Assembly: GCA_013151555.1 (NCBI GenBank)
Contig: JAADIA010000049.1
Span: 1 to 62,293 of the forward strand
Direction: 5' to 3'
Length of the DNA stretch: 62,293 nucleotides
Source: Nitrospirota bacterium
Lineage (GTDB): Bacteria; NPL-UPA2; JAADIA01
Under the pieces are notes generated by a model. That model saw only the letters and a list, made by a program, of their open reading frames with translations, searched no databases and was not told where the DNA came from. This document shows, one piece after another, positions 9,189 to 15,967 of the stretch. The translations under genes were made by a program, and so were the position numbers. Each line of letters opens with the position of its first letter. The stretch's first letter is position 1.

Positions 9189-9425
9189 ATGAGCGAAATG
9201 AAAGCGGATGAAAAGTTAGATTTAAGGGGAGAGATTTGCCCCTATAACTTTGTGAAAACGAAGCTCAAACTGGAAGAGATGGAGATAGGACAGATATTGG
9301 AAGTGGTTATTGATAATGGGGAACCGATAAAGAATGTTCCCCGCAGCCTGAAAGAAGATGGACATCAAATTCTTAAAGTGGAGAGAATTGAGCAGTATTT
9401 CAAGTTGGTGATAAAGAAGAGTTAA
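9189..9425 (+). CDS. TusA/SirA-like protein, variant motif
   Basis: 78 aa, LDLRGEICPYNF: the Cys-Pro is kept and the second Pro is lost. The stop lies in heptamer array B3. Confidence 0.7.
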   Translation: MSEMKADEKLDLRGEICPYNFVKTKLKLEEMEIGQILEVVIDNGEPIKNVPRSLKEDGHQILKVERIEQYFKLVIKKS

Positions 9426-9451
9426 AAGTTTAAGGTTTAAAGTTTAAAGTA
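9421..9451. repeat. Family B heptamer array, copy B3
   Basis: gttaaaa gtttaag gtttaaa gtttaaa gt. Confidence 0.8.
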
Positions 9452-9458
9452 AGATGGG

Positions 9459-10706
9459 GTGATGAAAGTGTCTTATGTGAAAGGTTTGAAATGTCGGGAG
9501 TGTGGACGGCACTATCCTAAGGAAGCCCTCTATGTCTGTGAATACTGTTTTGGCTCCCTGGAAGTTGATTACGACTACGCTCGCATCAAGAAAAAACTCA
9601 CTCGAAAAGAATTGACCTCCCGCCCGCAGAACCTCTGGCGTTATAGAGAGCTCCTCCCTCTTGATAAAGCGCCAACCGATGGGATGGGTTCGGGATTTAC
9701 CCCTTTGATAAAAGCCGATAACCTGGCCCGGGAATTGGGAGTCAGGGAACTTTATATAAAAGACGATTCGGTTAACCATCCTACCCTCTCTTTCAAGGAC
9801 CGGGTAGTAGCTGTAGCTCTCTCCAAAGCCAAAGAGTTTGGCTTCGATACGGTAGCCTGTGCTTCAACCGGAAACCTGGGTAATTCAGTATCCGCCCAGG
9901 CAGCAAAGGCAAATCTTGAACGCTATATCTTCATTCCTGCGGATTTAGAGATGGGCAAAGTAATCGGCTCGCTTATCTATGCTCCGAACCTCATCGCTGT
10001 GGAAGGAAACTATGATGAAGTAAACCGTCTCTGTGCCGAGATTGCCTTCAGATACAAATGGGCTTTCGTGAACATCAATATCAGGCCTTACTATGCCGAA
10101 GGGTCAAAGACTTATGCCTATGAAATAGCGGAGCAGTTCGGGTGGCGGGCTCCGGACCATATCGTTGTTCCCTCTGCCGGGGGTTCTCTGATTACGAAAG
10201 TCTGGAAGGGTCTCAACGAACTCTATAAAATCGGCTTAATCGATGATAAACCGCGGACCAAAGTTTATTGTGCCCAGGCAGAAGGATGTGCTCCTATAGT
10301 CACGGCCATCAAGGAGAATAGCGAAGTAATCAAACCGGTAAAACCGCAGACTATCGCTAAATCTCTGGCCATCGGCAACCCCGCTGATGGCTACTATGCC
10401 GTGAACACTGTCCAGACAAGCGGCGGTTGGGGAGAGGAAGCCGACAATGAGGAAATTGTGGAAGGAATGAAACTCCTGGCGCGAACGGAAGGAATCTTCA
10501 CCGAGACTGCCGGAGGGGTAACGGTGGCCGTAACTAAAAAATTGATTGCCCAGGGCCGGATTCCCCGGGACGAATCTATAGTGATTGCCATAACCGGAAA
10601 CGGTCTCAAGACTCAGGAAGCAATCTCCGAGCATATCGGGAGATTTACCAAGATAAAACCGACCCTGGCTTCTTTTGAGAAAAAAGTAAAAGCTCGCCGG
10701 CGTTAG
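9459..10706 (+). CDS. Threonine synthase-family PLP enzyme with N-terminal zinc ribbon (ThrC or MetM-like)
   Basis: CRECG...CEYC ribbon, SFKDR PLP-lysine motif, ASTGN. Start ambiguous (GTG 9459, ATG 9462 or GTG 9468). Confidence 0.8.
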   Translation: MMKVSYVKGLKCRECGRHYPKEALYVCEYCFGSLEVDYDYARIKKKLTRKELTSRPQNLWRYRELLPLDKAPTDGMGSGFTPLIKADNLARELGVRELYIKDDSVNHPTLSFKDRVVAVALSKAKEFGFDTVACASTGNLGNSVSAQAAKANLERYIFIPADLEMGKVIGSLIYAPNLIAVEGNYDEVNRLCAEIAFRYKWAFVNINIRPYYAEGSKTYAYEIAEQFGWRAPDHIVVPSAGGSLITKVWKGLNELYKIGLIDDKPRTKVYCAQAEGCAPIVTAIKENSEVIKPVKPQTIAKSLAIGNPADGYYAVNTVQTSGGWGEEADNEEIVEGMKLLARTEGIFTETAGGVTVAVTKKLIAQGRIPRDESIVIAITGNGLKTQEAISEHIGRFTKIKPTLASFEKKVKARRR

Positions 10707-10730
10707 AATAAGGAACTGAATGAAAAAACA

Positions 10731-10819
10731 GACAGGATTAACAAGATATACCGGATGGTTTTAAAAACAAAACTTTACAAAAAATTTTTAGACATCCGGT
10801 TAATCCCGTAAATCCTGTC
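10731..10819. repeat. Family A element, copy A3
   Basis: gacaggattaacaagatataccggatgg ... gacatccggttaatcccgtaaatcctgtc. The first 21 nt are identical to A4. Confidence 0.85.
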
Positions 10820-10848
10820 AGATTTTCTTTTTTCAAGGAGGGACCAAG

Positions 10849-11130
10849 ATGCCCATCAAAGTGAAGATACCCACGCCTTTACAGAAATTGACTAAGAATC
10901 AGGCTGAGGTGGAGAGTGAAGGGAAGACTGTCCAGGAGTTAATTGATGACCTGGAAAAGAATTATCCCGGGATCAAGGAAAGAATCTGCGATGAAAAAGG
11001 AAAAGTACGCCGGTTCATAAATATCTATGTGAACGAAGAAGATGTGAGGTTCTTGAAGGGGGATGATACTCCCGTAAAAGATGGAGATGAGATATCCATT
11101 ATCCCGGCTATTGCAGGAGGAGCAAGTTAG
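10849..11130 (+). CDS. MoaD/ThiS-family sulfur carrier ending GG-AS
   Basis: 93 aa. C-terminus ...[23 protein letters not shown]. Confidence 0.8.
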   Translation: MPIKVKIPTPLQKLTKNQAEVESEGKTVQELIDDLEKNYPGIKERICDEKGKVRRFINIYVNEEDVRFLKGDDTPVKDGDEISIIPAIAGGAS

Positions 11131-11236
11131 CCCTCACTTCGTTCAGGGCTAACTTAATTGCAAATTGAAGATTGGAAATTGAAAATTTTAAAATAAAAAA
11201 AGTTTCTTTGAAAAGCATCTTTTTTTAATTTTCGAC
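11127..11236. repeat. Family G element (hairpin plus AAATTGA heptamers), copy G1
   Basis: ttagccc-tcacttcgttca-gggctaa hairpin holding the carrier gene's TAG stop, then aattgca aattgaa gattgga aattgaa aatttta. Confidence 0.8.
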
Positions 11237-11256
11237 TATATAAGTGAGGTTGTAAG

Positions 11257-12060
11257 ATGTCCGATTTTACCGATGAGCAGGTTAAAAGATACAGCCGGCA
11301 GATAATTCTGCCTCAGGTAGGAGGGAAAGGACAGAGGAAACTGTTCGAGGCCAAAGTTCTTATCATTGGAGCCGGAGGTTTGGGTTCGCCCGCCTCCCTT
11401 TACTTAGCCGCAGCGGGGGTAGGCCATCTTGGCATAGTTGATAGCGATGAGGTAGAGGTAAGCAATTTGCAACGGCAGATATTACACTCTACCCGCGACG
11501 TCGGCAGACCGAAAACGAGCTCGGCTAAAGATAGATTAACGAACCTCAATCCTGATGTGGAAGTAATTGTTCATGAGGTGCGTGTTACCTCGGAGAACAT
11601 TCTGAATATAATTAAAGATTACGATATCGTCATTGACGGCAGCGATAATTTCCCTACCCGTTATTTGGTAAACGATGCCTGTGTTATATCCAGGAAACCT
11701 TTATCTCACGGAGGAATATTTCGCTTTGACGGCCAGGCAATAACCATCATTCCGGGCAAAGGTCCCTGCTACCGCTGTCTTTTCCCCGAACCCCCTCCCC
11801 GGGGATTGGTTCCCAGTTGCCAGGAAGCAGGAATTCTGGGAGCAGTAGCGGGAGTCATCGGTCTCATTCAAGCCAATGAAGTATTAAAATTTATCCTGGA
11901 CATAGGGGAACTGTTGGTGGGGAAACTTCTTATTTTCAACGCTCTGGAATCCAGCTTCCGACAGGTTGCCGTCCCCAAGGATAAAAATTGTCCCGTCTGC
12001 GGAGATAATCCTACCATAACTGAGTTGATCGATTACGAAGAATTTTGTTCACTTCGGTGA
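11257..12060 (+). CDS. MoeB/ThiF/HesA-family E1-like adenylyltransferase without a rhodanese domain
   Basis: RYSRQI, GAGGLGSP nucleotide loop, two CxxC pairs (CYRC, CPVC). 267 aa. Confidence 0.85.
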   Translation: MSDFTDEQVKRYSRQIILPQVGGKGQRKLFEAKVLIIGAGGLGSPASLYLAAAGVGHLGIVDSDEVEVSNLQRQILHSTRDVGRPKTSSAKDRLTNLNPDVEVIVHEVRVTSENILNIIKDYDIVIDGSDNFPTRYLVNDACVISRKPLSHGGIFRFDGQAITIIPGKGPCYRCLFPEPPPRGLVPSCQEAGILGAVAGVIGLIQANEVLKFILDIGELLVGKLLIFNALESSFRQVAVPKDKNCPVCGDNPTITELIDYEEFCSLR

Positions 12061-12068
12061 GGATAAAA

Positions 12069-12206
12069 AACCTAACCGCAGAGATACGGAGGACACGGAG
12101 AAACCTCTGAAAAAATTTGTAACTATAGATTATCACAAGATTAACAATTAAAAAAAGAATTAGATTAAATCTTTTTCTGGGTAAATCTCGTGAAATCTTG
12201 TGGTTT
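12069..12206. repeat. Family F element, copy F2
   Basis: The right arm aatctcgtgaaatcttgtggttt (12184-12206) is the exact reverse complement of the F1 left arm (3176-3198, 23 nt). The left part is aaccgcagagatacggaggacacggag. Confidence 0.85.
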
Positions 12207-12272
12207 ATATTTTATCCTCAAGGTTTTTCTCGGTGAGTTCTGTGGTGAAAATAAATAGTGGAGGTAAAGAAA

Positions 12273-12512
12273 ATGGCTAAACAAATGGTCAAATTGACTT
12301 TTCCCCAGGAGTTGATTAAAGAACCGGTTACCTTTAAAATGGCCAAGAAATATGACATCATCCCCAATATCCGCCGAGCCCGGGTCAGTGAGACCGTAGG
12401 GGAAATCGTTCTGGAACTGGAAGGGAAGAAAGAGAATCTGGACAAAGGGATCAAATATTTAGAGAAGCGTAATGTCAAAGTCGAACCGATAGTAGGAGAC
12501 ATCGTAGAATAA
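12273..12512 (+). CDS. Stand-alone NIL-domain protein
   Basis: 79 aa from ATG 12273 (GGAGGT RBS). Resembles the MetN C-terminal NIL domain (VKLTFP...EPV...NI..A.V...GEIVLELEG). Confidence 0.6.
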   Translation: MAKQMVKLTFPQELIKEPVTFKMAKKYDIIPNIRRARVSETVGEIVLELEGKKENLDKGIKYLEKRNVKVEPIVGDIVE

Positions 12513-12543
12513 GAAAATAAACCCGCCTATCTTCCCCTAATGA

Positions 12544-12631
12544 GCACACAATTTACGGAACGTAAATTGTATGTGCGAATTATCCCGATAGTTGCAAGAA
12601 AATTTAGTGTAAATTTTCGAGCGCTTTTGCT
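12544..12631. terminator. Two adjacent hairpins between convergent genes (no U-tract)
   Basis: gcacacaatttacg-gaa-cgtaaattgtatgtgc (12544-12576) and ttatcccgatag...ctatcgggataa (12579-12631). They lie between the NIL gene (+) and the CgeB-like gene (-). Confidence 0.45.
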
Positions 12632-12676
12632 ATCGGGATAAGCCCAGGGTGTAGCCTGTTTTAAGAGGCTCTTGCT

Positions 12677-13639
12677 TCAACTTTTCAGCAGTTCCGAAAG
12701 GATGCCAAGCATCTTTTCCATACTTTGCTGCCAGGTATAATGAGCATAAACATGTTTCTGCCCGGCCGCGGCAATCCGTTTTCGTTCTTCCGGCTTCTCC
12801 CGGTAATAGTCAAGGAGTTGGAGACATTCACGGTAACGGTTTTTCCATCCCTTCCCGAGAGGAAACCAGACCAGATGTTCTCTGTCGGTGAACCATTTTT
12901 CTAATCCGGGGACATAAGAAGTCAGATGAAATCCCCGGCAGGCCAGGGTGAGAAAGGTGCGGTCGGAGAAATAATCCGGGATAGTCTGTTTGTCATTGAG
13001 ACCAAGGACGATTTCGGCACCCGAACAGACCCGGGCAAAATTCTCGCTGTCCCGGAGTTCCCCTTGATAAGGAAGGTCGTCCGGCCAGGAGGGAGAGCCC
13101 CATATCTTTACCTGGAAGCCTCGCTTCTTTACCTGTCTCAGGAGTTGTTCCCGGCCGGCTTTGTTCGTCCCGACAAAAGCTACTTCGCATCGATAGAGAG
13201 AAGAGTCAGATTCTATATAGCGATGAACTTCGGGATCACATCCTTCCCAGAGGTGATGGACGTTGTTGAATCCCAGGCGCCGATACTTATCTCTTAACCC
13301 TCCGGCGGTAACAAAGAAGGAATCTGCTTCCCGTCCCAGACGCACTAACCATCTCGGGATAGGCGAATCCATATAGCGCAGGGAAGCATGGCAGGTTTTC
13401 CGGATTTCCAGAAGGGTAGCGGGAGAGATGCCTTCTCCTTTTACCAGGAGGAAAACGTCCGGCTTTTCCTGCCGGACGGTATCAATCATCCGTGCCTGCA
13501 TCTTCTCGTTCCCAAGCTCCCGGCGTTCCCGGCGGTAATCGAAAGGGACGACTTTTTGGCCAAGTCCCTCCAGAGCTTTCTTCATAAAAACTACTGTTGA
13601 TGAGGATTTCTCTAAAGAACCGGACAGGATGATTTTCAT
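12677..13639 (-). CDS. CgeB-family / DUF3880-type glycosyltransferase-like protein
   Basis: 320 aa. Pattern resembles spore-maturation CgeB/YkvP GT1-like proteins. Its start overlaps the stop of the upstream GT4 gene (ATGA). Confidence 0.55.
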   Translation of the reverse strand: MKIILSGSLEKSSSTVVFMKKALEGLGQKVVPFDYRRERRELGNEKMQARMIDTVRQEKPDVFLLVKGEGISPATLLEIRKTCHASLRYMDSPIPRWLVRLGREADSFFVTAGGLRDKYRRLGFNNVHHLWEGCDPEVHRYIESDSSLYRCEVAFVGTNKAGREQLLRQVKKRGFQVKIWGSPSWPDDLPYQGELRDSENFARVCSGAEIVLGLNDKQTIPDYFSDRTFLTLACRGFHLTSYVPGLEKWFTDREHLVWFPLGKGWKNRYRECLQLLDYYREKPEERKRIAAAGQKHVYAHYTWQQSMEKMLGILSELLKS

Positions 13640-14736
13640 TGTTCAAGTTCCCTCAAAATCCTTTGGCTTATCGTCCGCCAACTCAATTCTTTTTCTATCC
13701 TTTTTCTTCCCTTCTCCCCCAGATTTTCGGCTAAACTTTCCTCTGTGAGTAATCTAATCAAAGCTGCAGCAATTTCCTCATGGTTCAAAGGGTCGGTCAA
13801 TAAACCGGTTTCTCCCTCAATGACGGCATCCTTGACACCGCCGCTTCTCCCTCCAATAACCGGTTTGCCGCAGGCGTTGGCTTCCAGGAAGACGATTCCG
13901 AAACCTTCAAAATCTCCTTCCTCCTCGATCTCCCGGCTGGTCATAATGAAAACATCGCCGGCATTATAACAAAGGGGGAGTTCTTCTGAGGAGACGTAAC
14001 CGGCAAAGATTACCTGACGCTCTACTCCGTAGTGGCGAGCTAATTGCCTCAGCCCATCTTCTTCGGGTCCTTCCCCCACGATGAGATAGACGGCTTCCGG
14101 AACTCTCTCCAGGACTTTAGGCAAAGCTTGAATAATCTTCCGGTGCCCTTTTCGCTTCACCAAATGAGAGACGGTCAGAATAACCTTCCGGTCGAATAGG
14201 TTGAATTTCTCTTTTAGGGAAGAAGAGTCGATTCCCGGCTTAAATCGTTCCGGATCAACCCCGTTGGGGATAACGGTTATTTTCTCCTCCGGGATTCCTA
14301 TCCGGACCAGCTCCCGGGCGGTGAAATGACTCACTGCCAATATCCTTCGGGCTCTCTTAAAATTTTCCCGGATGGATTTCCTCCTCCAGGGAAGCAAAAC
14401 CTCGCCTCCGTGGGCAACAATGTAGTAATCGATTCCCCAAAGACGATGAGCCCAGGAGGCCAGAGCGGCATAGTCTGCCCGATGAGCCACGAGGATTTTT
14501 TCTATCCTTTTCCTCCACAAAATCCAGAAGAATTTCAGATAGAGTCCTATCTTACTTTTCGCCCGGATTACCGGGAAGACCTGTTCCCGGTCGAACTCTA
14601 TATCTCCTTCAGTCCCGGGAGCGAGGACGGTAACCTCCTCTCCCCAGGAGGACAGACCCCGGGCCACCTCGTAAGAGTAAGTCTGGATCCCTCCTACTTG
14701 AGGAGGAAAATCATGAGTGCAGAGCAAAATACGCAT
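13636..14736 (-). CDS. Glycosyltransferase family 4
   Basis: N-terminal FPPQVGGIQ, C-terminal E-x7-E region (EGFGIVFLEANACGKPVIG). Confidence 0.8.
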   Translation of the reverse strand: MRILLCTHDFPPQVGGIQTYSYEVARGLSSWGEEVTVLAPGTEGDIEFDREQVFPVIRAKSKIGLYLKFFWILWRKRIEKILVAHRADYAALASWAHRLWGIDYYIVAHGGEVLLPWRRKSIRENFKRARRILAVSHFTARELVRIGIPEEKITVIPNGVDPERFKPGIDSSSLKEKFNLFDRKVILTVSHLVKRKGHRKIIQALPKVLERVPEAVYLIVGEGPEEDGLRQLARHYGVERQVIFAGYVSSEELPLCYNAGDVFIMTSREIEEEGDFEGFGIVFLEANACGKPVIGGRSGGVKDAVIEGETGLLTDPLNHEEIAAALIRLLTEESLAENLGEKGRKRIEKELSWRTISQRILRELEQ

Positions 14737-14743
14737 TATAATA

Positions 14744-14775
14744 GTCTAAAGTTAAAGGTTGAAAGTTTAAAGTAT
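14744..14775. repeat. Family B heptamer array, copy B4
   Basis: gtctaaa gttaaag gttgaaa gtttaaa. Confidence 0.8.
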
Positions 14776-14800
14776 TCTTTTAACAATAACCGTAATCAAG

Positions 14801-15961
14801 TTACGGCTTCCGGATTACTTCTGTATAAACCTTCAGGGTTTCTTCAACATTCCTGGCCAGGGTGAATTTCTCGGCTAAACATCGGGCATTTCTACTCAAC
14901 CTCTTTCTCAAATCCTCATCGAAGGTCATCTTGATTTTCCGGGCAATCTCTTCCGGGTCCTCAGGATTGTTAAGGAGGAAGCCTTCTTTCCTTTCGGTAA
15001 TTATCTCGGCAGCACCGCTGGAGCGGCTGACGATAAGGGGAAGTCCGCTGGAGAGAGCTTCCAGGCAGACGTTCCCAAAAGGTTCGTAGAGAGTGGGGAA
15101 AACAAAGATAGTGGCGGCAGCATAGAATCGGTAAGTTTCTCTCGAACCGCCGGTGAAGATAACCTTGTCTTCCAATCCCAACTTCTTCACCAGACGCGAA
15201 TAAGGTCTCTTTCTATCTTTGCCGACTATGAGGAGCTTTACTTTCTCCTCCTTAAGCAAAGCCACCGCTTTGATCAAAAAACTCAACCCCTTGCGACGGA
15301 ATCCCGAGCCCACAAAGAGGATAACAAAATCGTCCTCAGCCAGATGGGACTGCCTCCTGGTGTTCACTCCAAACCGGCGTTTATTATCCGGTTTGAATTC
15401 CTCTCCATCCACTCCATTGTAGACTACCGTGATGTCCCGGGGATTTGTCCCGTAATGCTTGATAATCTCTTCCTTTCCCACCTTGGCAATAGCAATTATC
15501 TTCTTACTTTTTTTGAATACTTCCCTCTCCAGAAAGAGGAGGATAAGATGGAGAAGGTTGAGCCGAATGGCCAGACGAGCCGGAGGAGAAGAAGTAAGCG
15601 CTAACGACCTTTTCAACCATTCCCGGTGGCAACCGTCGCCGGCGCGGTAGATGTCCTGATAAAGGGTGCGGTCGAAACTGTGAATGATATCGAAACTTTC
15701 CTTTTTTAACAGCCTCCGGCAGAAAATGGCAAAACTTAAAGTTCTCAGGAAGGCTGCTCCCCCAAGGACAGGAACGCGGTGGAAGGTGATTGGATTCATT
15801 GAGGTCGTTGAGTTATTGAGCTGGTGGAGTTCCTCCTCACCGGTGTGAGCAAAAATATGGATATGGTGACCTCTTTTCGCCAGTTCCCGACTCAAATTAT
15901 AAACATATCTTTCCGCTCCTCCATATTTATGATAATCCTGTCTGATAAGAGCAATCTTCAT
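14801..15961 (-). CDS. Glycosyltransferase family 4, WaaG/RfaG-like LPS core transferase
   Basis: MKIALIRQDYHKYGGAERYV start typical of WaaG-like enzymes; EPFGNVCLEALSSGLP. Confidence 0.7.
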   Translation of the reverse strand: MKIALIRQDYHKYGGAERYVYNLSRELAKRGHHIHIFAHTGEEELHQLNNSTTSMNPITFHRVPVLGGAAFLRTLSFAIFCRRLLKKESFDIIHSFDRTLYQDIYRAGDGCHREWLKRSLALTSSPPARLAIRLNLLHLILLFLEREVFKKSKKIIAIAKVGKEEIIKHYGTNPRDITVVYNGVDGEEFKPDNKRRFGVNTRRQSHLAEDDFVILFVGSGFRRKGLSFLIKAVALLKEEKVKLLIVGKDRKRPYSRLVKKLGLEDKVIFTGGSRETYRFYAAATIFVFPTLYEPFGNVCLEALSSGLPLIVSRSSGAAEIITERKEGFLLNNPEDPEEIARKIKMTFDEDLRKRLSRNARCLAEKFTLARNVEETLKVYTEVIRKP

Positions 15962-15967
15962 TTTTTT

